Source of the DNA: Chlamydiales bacterium
GTDB lineage: Bacteria > Chlamydiota > Chlamydiia > Chlamydiales > SM23-39
Assembly (NCBI GenBank): GCA_965261025.1
Contig: OZ253438.1
Location: forward strand, 1,390,119-1,422,118
Direction of reading: 5' to 3'
Length of the DNA: 32,000 nucleotides
Notes under the pieces: generated by a model
Database searches by the model: none
What the model saw: only the letters and a program-made list of their open reading frames with translations
Told to the model about the DNA's origin: nothing
Program-made: the position numbers and the translations under genes
In this document: piece by piece, positions 1 to 8,643 of the stretch
Layout: the number at the start of each line of letters is the position of its first letter
Numbering within the stretch: position 1 is the first letter of the stretch

Positions 1-276
1 ATGCCTTATAGAAAGACAGCCCATCAGGCTCTTTTTTATCTCTTGGTAGGTCCTGAACATAGGAAGAAGGGAATCGGTTTTTCTATGGTAAAAAATCTAG
101 TCAATTTAGCCAGAAAATATTTTCGTTTAGAAAGGCTACAAATAGAACTATACGAAGGTTCTCCTTTGATTTCTATCTTACAAAAACAAGAGTTTCGTCT
201 TGTATTCACCCAGAAAAACTATGTAAAAGAAAAGGACTCTTTTCGAGCTAGGCTCTTTTGGGAGAAGGTTCTTTAA
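1..276 (+). CDS. GNAT-family N-acetyltransferase, C-terminal part (5' end probably cut by the window edge)
   Basis: The translation contains the acetyl-CoA-binding motif HRKKGIGFSMV (R/Q-x-x-G-x-G/A). It is clearly paralogous to the C-terminal half of the next ORF: LLVGPEHRKKGIG...LQIELYEGSP versus IIVTSSMRGKGIG...LHLEVYEENP. At 91 aa it is too short for a complete GNAT fold. Confidence 0.7.
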   Translation: MPYRKTAHQALFYLLVGPEHRKKGIGFSMVKNLVNLARKYFRLERLQIELYEGSPLISILQKQEFRLVFTQKNYVKEKDSFRARLFWEKVL

Positions 277-768
277 ATGGTCTCAAGCTTAAACATACGA
301 TTGGCTAAAGAAGAAGATAAACAGTATCTAACGGATTGGCTCATGGAGCCTGGTGTACTTGATTGGTTTCCCATGTGCAATTCAAGGGAAGTAGAAGATG
401 CGGTTCGTCTCTGGCTCAGCTATATCCCTCAAAAATCAGTTTTTATGGCGGAAGTAGAAGGGAAACCCATAGGCTCTGCTAATTTATATTTGCAGTCTTT
501 TGAAAAACTCTCTCATCACAGCCTTTTTGCTATCATCGTAACTTCTTCTATGCGAGGAAAAGGAATTGGTACTGCTTTAATTCAAGAGCTTCTGTATCAG
601 GCAAAAGAGGTGTTTCACCTCGTATTTCTGCATTTGGAAGTATATGAAGAAAATCCTGCTAGAAGGCTCTACGATAGAGTAGGATTTTCCGAGGTAGGTA
701 GACAGCCTTGTTTCATTAAAAAGGAAGGAAAATATTACACGAAAATTTTGATGGAAAAATATCTTTAA
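277..768 (+). CDS. GNAT-family N-acetyltransferase
   Basis: The 163-aa ORF starts at an ATG immediately after the stop of the previous GNAT. It has the motif-A sequence MRGKGIGTALIQ and the motif-B-like sequence NPARRLYDRVGF. Confidence 0.8.
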   Translation: MVSSLNIRLAKEEDKQYLTDWLMEPGVLDWFPMCNSREVEDAVRLWLSYIPQKSVFMAEVEGKPIGSANLYLQSFEKLSHHSLFAIIVTSSMRGKGIGTALIQELLYQAKEVFHLVFLHLEVYEENPARRLYDRVGFSEVGRQPCFIKKEGKYYTKILMEKYL

Positions 769-778
769 AGGAGACTCT

Positions 779-1492
779 TTGGCAGGACACAGTAAATGGG
801 CAAACATTAAGCATAGAAAAGAAAGAGCAGATAAAAAAAAGGGAAAAATCTTTTCTCGTGTCACAAAAGAACTTATTTCTGCAGTAAAGCAAGGAGGAGC
901 CGATCCTAAAACTAATATAAAGCTGAGGACCGCTTTAGAAAAAGCAAAAGAAGTAAATCTTCCCCAAGAAAATATTAAGAGGAATATAGAAAAAGCTACC
1001 TCTTCTAGTACAGAGGATTTTTCCGAGCAAACTTATGAATTATACGGACATGCAGGGGTAGGGATTTTAGCAGAAGCGCTTACTGATAATAAAAATAGAA
1101 CTATCTCCGAATTGCGCGTTGCAATAAATAAGTGTGGAGGGAGTTTAGCCGAAGTAGGAGCGGTTTCTTACAATTTTGAAAAAAAGGGGATTCTCCGCCT
1201 TGCTAAAGAAAGAGAAGAAGAAGTTTTTGAAATAGCTTTAGAACTCTGTGTAGAAGACCTAGAAAAAGAGGAGGAAACTTTTTTTGTGATTACGAGTTAT
1301 TTAGATCTTGTTTCCATAAAAGAAGGTTTTGAAAAAAAGGGGATAGTCGTCCTTTCTTCAGAAATTATGATGCTTCCCAAGCTTTTTATAGAATGCTCCC
1401 AGGAAGATTATGAAAAAAATAGCAAATTAATCGAATGGCTTGAAAACATTGACGATGTCGACACAGTTTTTCACAATATGAAGGAAATTTAA
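779..1492 (+). CDS. yebC: YebC/PmpR-family transcriptional regulator / translation factor
   Basis: The N-terminus MAGHSKWANIKHRK is the family signature. The start is TTG with AGGAG 6 nt upstream. The length is 237 aa. Confidence 0.95.
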   Translation: MAGHSKWANIKHRKERADKKKGKIFSRVTKELISAVKQGGADPKTNIKLRTALEKAKEVNLPQENIKRNIEKATSSSTEDFSEQTYELYGHAGVGILAEALTDNKNRTISELRVAINKCGGSLAEVGAVSYNFEKKGILRLAKEREEEVFEIALELCVEDLEKEEETFFVITSYLDLVSIKEGFEKKGIVVLSSEIMMLPKLFIECSQEDYEKNSKLIEWLENIDDVDTVFHNMKEI

Positions 1493-4344
1493 TCTTTTTT
1501 TGCTTCAAAACAGTGCTTTTCTATTTGGGTAATTCTGTCAAAGTCTTTAAAGATCAAAGGCTTATAAGTAAAGGGAGACTTTCCCTTCACCAAAAGAGCA
1601 AACCTTTTTGTGTTATTCTTTCCTAAAAGAGCTTGGCAAAAAGCTTGAAAATCTGAATAGGTAAGCTTTTCAAGAGCTTCTTTTATTTTCCCCAGCAACA
1701 GAAAATCTCCCTCATAGGAAAAGGCTAGCTTGGCATAAAGAGCGCCTTCTTCATGAAGGTTTTTATGGGGATTTTCTAGCTTGTGTAGAGCCGCTTTTTT
1801 GTTATTTAAAAATCTCTCTTCAGGAACTTGAATCAAAAAATTTCCTAAAAAATTTTCTAGAAAAAGCTCAAAGCGGAATAAAAGATCTAAAGGTTCATGA
1901 GACCCTGATTGCACTGCTAGGACCTGGTAGAGATTTTGTCCCCAGTTTTTCTTGACAGCAGAAACCGTATAGGCTGTTTTTTGCTCTGTTCGTAGCGCAT
2001 GAAAAAAACTCTCTTGCAAAATAGTTCCTAAAACCGCAAAAGCAGCTTGCTGTTCTGCGGAGTTTTTTTCCGCTTCTATTACAAGTAAAGTAGCGTTTCC
2101 GGGAAGAGCTACCGGTTTTTCTAAAAAACAGGGGCCTTCTTTTAAGGATACCGTGGTCAAAGGCGTGTGATATTTGAGGGGAAAAGCTTCATTTTTTATA
2201 ATGTGGTGAACATCTAACCAAAGGCTTTCTGCTTGCTTTTGAGAGATATTTCCCAAGAGAAATGCCTCAATATACGCCTTTTTAAAGAGAATGTCTTGAA
2301 AAGCGCTGACCTCCTCATAAGAAAGTTTTTGTAAAACCGCTCTTTTTTCCTCAGGAGAAAAACTATCTCGGGAAAAAGAATTGTCTAAAAAATGAAACCC
2401 CTGGTCTAAAGCTGTCTCTTTTTCCTCGTTAACATAAAGATCGAAAAGAGTTTCTCGGTTTACTAAAAACTCTTCTTGCGTAAGAGAAGTATTTTTGCAT
2501 TCTCGGAAAATTTTTTCTGTTAAAAGGGGCGCTTTTTCTGAAAAACCAGAAAGAGAAATATAGAGCTGGAGATTCTTTGCTTCAAAGCTAACGTTTAGTC
2601 CTGCTTTTCGTGCAGCATCTAAGGGAATTTCTAATCTTTTTATAAGAGCGCTGAGGAAAAAATCGAGAAGCACTTCAGATTTTGCAGAAGGAGTAATAGC
2701 AGCAGAGAGAACACGAAAGGAAAAAGCTATCTTGGGACTTTTATAAAGAGTATCTCCCTTATGATAGAGCCTGCCGTATTCATTTTCAAAAAGTAGAGAA
2801 GGATCTACAGACTCGGTAGGAAGCAAGGTAAAGTCAGTAGGAGCAAAAAGGTTTCTACCAGGCACTTCTACTCTCGGATGTTCTTTTCCTTTTTTCCAAC
2901 TCTCTAGCTGGGCCGAGGGAATTTTTTTTACGGCAAAAGATGCTTTAGACCAAACTTCTTTTTGATCTAAAAGACAGGGCAGAGACGAGGCCATCAGGTA
3001 GATTCGGAAATTATCGGGGGATAAAAATGCCAAAGCCTCGGATAGCTTCTTTTCAGAAGGTTTTTGGGAAAAAATTACGTCTTCTGGATAGGAAGAAAAA
3101 GGGCCTTCCAATATAGAAGAGGCATGTTCTAAAACTGCTACAATAGCTTTTGCTTTTCTCTCTTGATATTGGTAGCTAAGTTTTGCTAAATGTTCTTTTT
3201 CCTCCCAGAGGTAAAAGGGAAGGGGTCTTTTCTGGAAGGTTTTTAGTACCTGAAAGATTTTTTCTACTACAAGAAAGTGGTTCTTTACCCCCTTTTCTGT
3301 AAGATCTACATGAATGCTAAAAATGGCTCTAGAACTGGTTTTCTTAGAGATTCTAGCGTAGCACCCTTCTGCTAAAGCTTCCCGTTTCAAATCCTCTGCA
3401 AGACTTTTTTCGTGGATGTAATTGAAGGTATGAGCAATCAGGGTAAAAGGTTTTGTGGGATCTTCCAAAAAAGACTCGGGTACTTCCCATTCCAGACGGA
3501 GCCATTTCAGGTTTTTTAAGGGTTCTATGTAGGTAATTGTGTTGGTATATTTTTTTTCAGAGCAGGATTTAGAAAATTCTTTTTTTCTCAAAAGAGGGGA
3601 GCGTATCGTGGAAAAGGAAGAAGAGACCTTTTCCTTTAAATCGGAAAGAGGAAGGGGAGAATAAACTGTAAGGTGCATCCATTTAGGGCTATAATGGTCC
3701 TTGAAAAAAGTGTGCATATAAGTAGAATCGACCCCTTTCAAAGAATCTAATGTACCGCAGCTAAAGTGGGAAAAGGGATGATTTTTTGGACTAGTTTCTT
3801 TAATCACTTGAAAAAAACGGAACTCATCCGATTCTTGTGCTCTTAAAAATTCCTCATGGACAGCATGGACCTCTTTTCCTAAGGCTTCTTTTGTAAAAAG
3901 GGGTTCTCTAAAGTGCTCTGCTAACCGAGATAGAGTCTCTTCGAAAAGCGCGTTCTGTATTGAGAAGAAATAGGCGGTGTGATTCCCCTCCGTATAGGCA
4001 TTAAAATCACCCCCATGATCGGAAATAAAGCGCGTTAAGGAATTATTCTCGGGGTGACTTTTGGTTCCTTGAAAGATCATGTGCTCCATAAAATGGGCAA
4101 TACCAAGAGCTTCTTCAGGATCAGAAAAAGAGCCTACTTCTACAGTAAGTGCAAGAGAGGATTGAACCGCTTTTGGATCTGAAATGAGATAGACTTGCAG
4201 TCCATTTTCTAAAATTATCTTAGCGGTTTTTCTCTCTTTTAAGTAAAGACTAAGAGGAGAAAGAGAAAATGTATCCTCTACTTCTTGATAAGCTCCAGCA
4301 AAAAGAGAAGTAAACAGGGAGACAAGAGAAAGGAAGAACTTCAT
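1489..4344 (-). CDS. M16 (insulinase/pitrilysin-family) zinc metalloprotease, secreted
   Basis: The 951-aa ORF has an inverted zinc motif HxxEH (AHFMEHMIFQGT). The N-terminal segment MKFFLSLVSLFTSLFAGAY looks like a signal peptide. The size fits protease III-like enzymes. Confidence 0.9.
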   Translation of the reverse strand: MKFFLSLVSLFTSLFAGAYQEVEDTFSLSPLSLYLKERKTAKIILENGLQVYLISDPKAVQSSLALTVEVGSFSDPEEALGIAHFMEHMIFQGTKSHPENNSLTRFISDHGGDFNAYTEGNHTAYFFSIQNALFEETLSRLAEHFREPLFTKEALGKEVHAVHEEFLRAQESDEFRFFQVIKETSPKNHPFSHFSCGTLDSLKGVDSTYMHTFFKDHYSPKWMHLTVYSPLPLSDLKEKVSSSFSTIRSPLLRKKEFSKSCSEKKYTNTITYIEPLKNLKWLRLEWEVPESFLEDPTKPFTLIAHTFNYIHEKSLAEDLKREALAEGCYARISKKTSSRAIFSIHVDLTEKGVKNHFLVVEKIFQVLKTFQKRPLPFYLWEEKEHLAKLSYQYQERKAKAIVAVLEHASSILEGPFSSYPEDVIFSQKPSEKKLSEALAFLSPDNFRIYLMASSLPCLLDQKEVWSKASFAVKKIPSAQLESWKKGKEHPRVEVPGRNLFAPTDFTLLPTESVDPSLLFENEYGRLYHKGDTLYKSPKIAFSFRVLSAAITPSAKSEVLLDFFLSALIKRLEIPLDAARKAGLNVSFEAKNLQLYISLSGFSEKAPLLTEKIFRECKNTSLTQEEFLVNRETLFDLYVNEEKETALDQGFHFLDNSFSRDSFSPEEKRAVLQKLSYEEVSAFQDILFKKAYIEAFLLGNISQKQAESLWLDVHHIIKNEAFPLKYHTPLTTVSLKEGPCFLEKPVALPGNATLLVIEAEKNSAEQQAAFAVLGTILQESFFHALRTEQKTAYTVSAVKKNWGQNLYQVLAVQSGSHEPLDLLFRFELFLENFLGNFLIQVPEERFLNNKKAALHKLENPHKNLHEEGALYAKLAFSYEGDFLLLGKIKEALEKLTYSDFQAFCQALLGKNNTKRFALLVKGKSPFTYKPLIFKDFDRITQIEKHCFEAKKD

Positions 4345-4363
4345 TTTAAAAGAATAGACCCTT

Positions 4364-5377
4364 CTACAGTAGTTTTTCGTATTCTTGTTTTACCACATCT
4401 GTAATAAATAATGCTCGATTTTTTCTTGCCTGTTGTTTGTTTACCCCTGTAAAGGCTTCCATAGAGATCTCTTCTGCAAAACAAAGGCGGCAAAAAGAAA
4501 AATTGGCGTGCCTTATCTCACCGATTTCCTTTTGGATTGTGTCAGGAGGAGGTAAAACAGGGTGGGTGTAAAGCGCTAGGGGAAAAAAATGAACCCTCCT
4601 TTTAGCTTTTTTACTCATGAGATAAAACATTTCAATGCTTTGGGGATCAAAAGGGTCTGGAAAAACTTCTCCTTTTTTATCCCGGCGATCTCTTCCTCCA
4701 GAGGGGGCTACATAGATTGATTTTCCTCCTTCTGTAAAAAGAGAGCTAGTAAGACGCATAGTCAGTTGATTATGATATAGCTTCTTCTCCTTCAAGTGGG
4801 GAACGCAGTCTATATACTTTTTAGAGTAAATGCAAAGAAGGTCCCTTCCTAAGCTAAAAGGGATAGCAGCAGGGTCTGTAACGACTCTTTCTCCTGCTAC
4901 ATAAATGGTATCCGAAGCTATTTTAGGAAACTCTTTTTGTAAGAGAAGGTCAATGATCTGAGGGTCTAATTCTGTCTGGTGGTTTGCTAGAAAAACTACA
5001 CTTTCCTGTTTTTCTAAAAATGCATTGGCTTTTACCAGATTTTCTTTTCCTAAAACCCAAGATTTTTGGAAGTTGATTAAAGGTCTCGTAAAATCTAGAC
5101 CAAACTGGTAATAATCAAAAGGTTCTCGGATTTTTTGGTGATAAGGTTCGAAAGCAGTAGAGGATTTTATCTGCTCCTGCATTAAGGAGAAAAAAGTAGA
5201 AAAAATAGCCAATCTCTCCTCTTCTTTTAAGTGAGAAGAGGTTGCTTTTTTATACTCAAAATAGAAATTTCTTAAGATGGAGCTATTCTTAGAAGAGAGT
5301 TTTTTTTGGTGTTCCAAAGAATCTAAAGAAGTAAAGAGGGCTTTTTCCGCCTCGTTAACAAGATAGTTTTTCATCAT
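4364..5377 (-). CDS. plsB: Soluble plastid-type glycerol-3-phosphate acyltransferase (acyl-ACP dependent GPAT)
   Basis: It has the H(X)4D acyltransferase motif LANHQTELDP. The blocks YVAGERVVTDPAAIPFSLGRDLLCIYSKK and YVAPSGGRDR match plant chloroplast ATS1-type GPAT as I remember it. Confidence 0.85.
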   Translation of the reverse strand: MMKNYLVNEAEKALFTSLDSLEHQKKLSSKNSSILRNFYFEYKKATSSHLKEEERLAIFSTFFSLMQEQIKSSTAFEPYHQKIREPFDYYQFGLDFTRPLINFQKSWVLGKENLVKANAFLEKQESVVFLANHQTELDPQIIDLLLQKEFPKIASDTIYVAGERVVTDPAAIPFSLGRDLLCIYSKKYIDCVPHLKEKKLYHNQLTMRLTSSLFTEGGKSIYVAPSGGRDRRDKKGEVFPDPFDPQSIEMFYLMSKKAKRRVHFFPLALYTHPVLPPPDTIQKEIGEIRHANFSFCRLCFAEEISMEAFTGVNKQQARKNRALFITDVVKQEYEKLL

Positions 5378-6893
5378 TTAGAGTGGAAAAAAATTGATAC
5401 TCATTTATGTGGAGTGTGTCATCTATTTCTACTTCCAAGTAGGCATTGGCTTTTGAGGCCATTTTTTCTAAAAAGGGCCTATCTACCAGATTCAAGTATG
5501 TTTCAAGTTCTGGATGGATTTTTAAACGGAGCGCATATTGGTTGTTGTAGTGAATCAGTTTTTTTAAAGAACGCTCAATTTCGACAACAATGCTTTCATG
5601 ATTTTTAATAGAGCCACTTCCATTGCAATAAGGACAAGGAGTTAAAAGAGTCTGAAGTAAAGATTCCCGATTTCTTTGACGGGTCATCTCCACAAGACCA
5701 AATTCACTCATCCCTAAAATGGTACATTTAGCATTATCTTCTCTCATGCACTCTTTTAGTTTTTCTAAGACTCTTCTTTGGTTTTTTCGATGGCGCATAT
5801 CGATAAAATCGCAGATGATAAGACCTCCTAAGTTGCGGATTTTTATCTGTCTTGCGATCTCTTGGGCTGCCTCTAGGTTAATACGTACCAAACTCTCTTC
5901 TACATCAAGGGTTTTACTCTGTGAGCTTCTCCCGGAATTTACGTCAATGGTATGCATTGCTTCTGTTTTATCAAAAAAGAGATATCCTCCGGAGTTTAGC
6001 CATACTTTTCGTTTCAAAGCCTTATCTAATTCTCTTTCTATGTTGAACCTTTCAAACATAGGCATTTTGTCTCGGTAAAACTCCATTTTCAGAGGGTGTT
6101 CTGTCTCATATTTTCGATAGAGTCTTTTACAAGTTTGATAGGTAGCGTAATCATCTATGAGAAGACGGTCTATCTTTTTATCAGCGGCTATTACAATAGC
6201 TCTTTTGATAAGATCTGTTTCTTCATAAAGCAGGGCAGCCCCTGTAGTTTTGTGAAAGCTCTCTACTATGGATTCCCAGGTTTTTAATAGATCTTGGGCC
6301 TCTTCTATTAAAACCTCAGTGGAAGCATTAGCACTGGCAGTTCTACAGATCAGGCCCATATTTTGAGGCATCTCAAAAGCACGGATTAGCTGTTTGAGCT
6401 GATCTCTTAAAGCTCTATTTTCAATTTTTCGAGACACGCCCCTGTGGGGATTATTAGGGAGGAGCACTAGGTATCTTCCTGCTATAGAAATATTCGAAGT
6501 AAGGCGAGCCCCCTTTGTTCCAATGGGCTCTTTTACTACTTGTACTAAGACAGGCTGGTCAATTTTTAACACTTGAGAAATATCTTGTACGGGAGATTTT
6601 TTATTGGAAGAGGTCTTCTCTTCCTCCATGTCAAAATCCATGTCAAAAAGCTCTTCAAACTTTTTAGTATTCTCCAAAATATCGCTGATGTGAATAAAGC
6701 CGTTTTCCTCTTCTCGGATGTCAATAAAAGCAGATTGAATGTTATGAAGTATATTGGTAACCCTGCCTTTATAAATATTTCCCGTAATCTTTCTCGATTT
6801 TTTTCTTTCCACAACGAGGTCGTGAACTTGACCTTGTTTTAGGAAAACATACCGAATTTCTTTTGACTCTACATTTAAAAGAATTTCTCGCAT
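5355..6893 (-). CDS. rng: Ribonuclease G/E family endoribonuclease
   Basis: The 512-aa ORF has an N-terminal S1-like region. Its catalytic block IDVNSGR...NLEAAQEIARQIKIRNLGGLIICDFIDM resembles the RNase E/G core, and it has a CPYCNGSG zinc-link-like motif. Confidence 0.9.
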   Translation of the reverse strand: MREILLNVESKEIRYVFLKQGQVHDLVVERKKSRKITGNIYKGRVTNILHNIQSAFIDIREEENGFIHISDILENTKKFEELFDMDFDMEEEKTSSNKKSPVQDISQVLKIDQPVLVQVVKEPIGTKGARLTSNISIAGRYLVLLPNNPHRGVSRKIENRALRDQLKQLIRAFEMPQNMGLICRTASANASTEVLIEEAQDLLKTWESIVESFHKTTGAALLYEETDLIKRAIVIAADKKIDRLLIDDYATYQTCKRLYRKYETEHPLKMEFYRDKMPMFERFNIERELDKALKRKVWLNSGGYLFFDKTEAMHTIDVNSGRSSQSKTLDVEESLVRINLEAAQEIARQIKIRNLGGLIICDFIDMRHRKNQRRVLEKLKECMREDNAKCTILGMSEFGLVEMTRQRNRESLLQTLLTPCPYCNGSGSIKNHESIVVEIERSLKKLIHYNNQYALRLKIHPELETYLNLVDRPFLEKMASKANAYLEVEIDDTLHINEYQFFSTLNDEKLSC

Positions 6894-6917
6894 AAGCCTC
6901 TCTTAACTTCCCTCTTT

Positions 6918-7937
6918 CTATCCTAGGTTATCTTTAGATGTTTTTCTACAGAAAAGAGGAGGGCTTTTTAAGAAAAACTCTTCTAGTTTCTTAAAAATCC
7001 CTTTTCCTTGAGAAAGGTGAAGGGTTTCTGCTGCTTTTACGAAATTTTCAGCAGGACAGTTGCCGTGGCACTTAAAAACTACCTTAGAACAACCCAATAA
7101 AAAAGCTCCTGGATAGGGGGAATAGCAAAGTTTTTCTTGCAAAGATTTTGCCAGATCAGAGGGGAAGGTTTTTTGCATAGAATCTAGTAAAAAACGGGCC
7201 ACTCCTTCTGCTGTTTTTAAAAATATATTTCCTGTAAAACCGTCTGTTACTAAGACATCAATATCGCCTTTGAAAACGGTATCTCCCTCTCTATTTCCTA
7301 AGAAGGAAAAAAAGGTTTCTTCTTTTAAAGTTGCAAAGGCTTTCTTTAGCTCCAAAAGACCTTTAAAAGGCTCTTTTCCAATGTTTAAAAAAGCTACTTT
7401 AGGCTTGAGGACTCCAAAAGCTTTTTGTAAAAGTGTCCCCATTTTAGCAAACTGCTCTAGGGTTTTTCCATTTACAGAAATATTGGCTCCTACATCCAGT
7501 ACTGCCAAGGGTTTTTTTTTCGTAGGAAGAAAAGTGACTAGAGCAGGACGAAAAATTCCAGGAAAAAGAGAGAGCTCGTGTTTTGCTTTTGCTATCAAAG
7601 CTCCTGTATTAGTAGCCGAGATTAAAGCTCCTATTTTCCCCTGTTTTAAAAACCGTAGAGCAACACATATGGAGGCTTCTTTTTTTTTTCGAATAGCTTC
7701 CAAAGGAAGGTCTTCCATACGAATCACTTCTTTACAAGTCACAAACTGAAAAAAATCTTTACCATTAGAAGAGCTTTCAAAGAGATTTTCGAAAACCTTC
7801 TTTTGTTTTGCTAGACCAAAAAAGCAAAGAGATAGTGGCTCTTTTTTTGCCTTACGGGAAAAGGCCTCCAAGATTTTTTCAGCAGGAGCTTCCCCTCCCA
7901 TCAAATCAACGCCAATGAAAAAGGGCTTAGCCTTCAC
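6918..7937 (-). CDS. plsX: Phosphate acyltransferase PlsX
   Basis: It has GVDLMGGE near the N-terminus and the signature TDGFTGNIFLKT. It sits downstream of rpmF, the classic yceD-rpmF-plsX arrangement. Confidence 0.95.
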   Translation of the reverse strand: MKAKPFFIGVDLMGGEAPAEKILEAFSRKAKKEPLSLCFFGLAKQKKVFENLFESSSNGKDFFQFVTCKEVIRMEDLPLEAIRKKKEASICVALRFLKQGKIGALISATNTGALIAKAKHELSLFPGIFRPALVTFLPTKKKPLAVLDVGANISVNGKTLEQFAKMGTLLQKAFGVLKPKVAFLNIGKEPFKGLLELKKAFATLKEETFFSFLGNREGDTVFKGDIDVLVTDGFTGNIFLKTAEGVARFLLDSMQKTFPSDLAKSLQEKLCYSPYPGAFLLGCSKVVFKCHGNCPAENFVKAAETLHLSQGKGIFKKLEEFFLKSPPLFCRKTSKDNLG

Positions 7938-8106
7938 TAGATATGACTGCTCGGTTTTTGTAAAAGCCGCAGGAAGGGCATATATGATGAGGCTTTTTTG
8001 CCTTTCCGCAGTTTGTGCAAGAAAGAAGTTGGACAGGCTTTTTTGCCATATGAGCCCTACGGGAGTTTTTTCTCGCGTTGGAAGTTCGGTTTCTAGGTAC
8101 TGCCAT
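7927..8106 (-). CDS. rpmF: 50S ribosomal protein L32 (not in the ORF track, 59 aa)
   Basis: Hand translation of the minus strand gives MAVPRNRTSNARKNSRRAHMAKKPVQLLSCTNCGKAKKPHHICPSCGFYKNRAVISSEG*. It has GGAG 6 nt upstream of the ATG and the CxxC...CxxC zinc ribbon typical of L32. It overlaps plsX by 11 nt and yceD by 14 nt. Confidence 0.9.
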   Translation of the reverse strand: MAVPRNRTSNARKNSRRAHMAKKPVQLLSCTNCGKAKKPHHICPSCGFYKNRAVISSEG

Positions 8107-8587
8107 ATTTATCTCCTAATTGGTTATCTAAATCAGAAAAAGGGAAGTGCTCTCCTGTTTTTTCTGAGGAGGCTTTTTTTAAAAAAGATTTTATGTGCTT
8201 TCTCTCAGGACAATCGCCTTGATTGCATTCCAAAAAAGGGGGGATTTCTATTAGAAGAGCTTCCTTTAGAATAGGAAGGACATCAAAAATACGATCCTTT
8301 ATATCCTTTATGGGGTACGTTTGGTAGAACCCTTTTGCTTCGATCTCTTTATCAGTTATTTGATTGCAGACAACACAGGGAAGCCATACTTTTCCTTTAG
8401 CATTTAAGTGAATCACTAAAAGCTCAGAAGTTAAATACGCTTCTAGCTCTACTTGTACCTGATCAGAAACAGTACAATCTGGTTCTGTTTTTTCTAAAAG
8501 AGAAACAGAAAAAAGGCCCTCGATTTTTTCTTTCTTATCCCCTTTTAGTCTGTCTAAAAAAATTTTTAAGGAATCGTCCATACGCAC
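8093..8587 (-). CDS. yceD: YceD/DUF177 family protein (large-subunit accumulation factor)
   Basis: The 164-aa ORF lies directly upstream of rpmF. Its Cys pairs CVVCNQ and ECNQGDCPE are typical of DUF177. Confidence 0.8.
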   Translation of the reverse strand: MRMDDSLKIFLDRLKGDKKEKIEGLFSVSLLEKTEPDCTVSDQVQVELEAYLTSELLVIHLNAKGKVWLPCVVCNQITDKEIEAKGFYQTYPIKDIKDRIFDVLPILKEALLIEIPPFLECNQGDCPERKHIKSFLKKASSEKTGEHFPFSDLDNQLGDKYGST

Positions 8588-8643
8588 ACCAATACCTAAC
8601 CCTTAAGGGGGGTTCTAGGAAAGCACAAGGTTATCATAGCCTT

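Noticed and set aside
577-864. Many 60-160-aa ORFs in the track lie antisense to, or out of frame within, the long genes. They are 577-864, 5414-5608, 5719-6078, 6096-6287, 6566-6814, 6573-6842, 7270-7749, 7915-8274, 9502-9735, 10328-10561, 11348-11587, 14056-14325, 16206-16409, 16728-17117, 17451-17657, 17575-17772, 19273-19536, 20088-20285, 20820-21005, 21800-22036, 23856-24044, 24139-24486, 24504-24716, 24667-24864, 26565-26822, 26862-27104, 27346-27546, 28351-28611, 28754-28945 and 31619-31801.
   Set aside because: Each is fully embedded in a gene with strong family motifs on the other strand or in another frame. Their translations are low-complexity (rich in F, S, L, K and R), as expected of shadow ORFs in AT-rich DNA, and none shows a recognisable motif or SD.
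7680-7689. I considered A/T homopolymer runs as phase-variation switches. These include T10 at 7680-7689 inside plsX, A9 at about 16088-16096, and several T8 to A8 runs.
   Set aside because: They encode Lys/Phe runs in essential housekeeping genes or lie in AT-rich spacers, which is expected background in a low-GC genome. None is positioned at the 5' end of a surface or effector gene.
8606-8615. A perfect 10-bp palindrome CCCTTAAGGG lies between lpxB and yceD and could be a terminator or operator.
   Set aside because: As RNA it can form only a 3-bp stem, and it has no T-tract. A single short palindrome is not distinguishable from chance.
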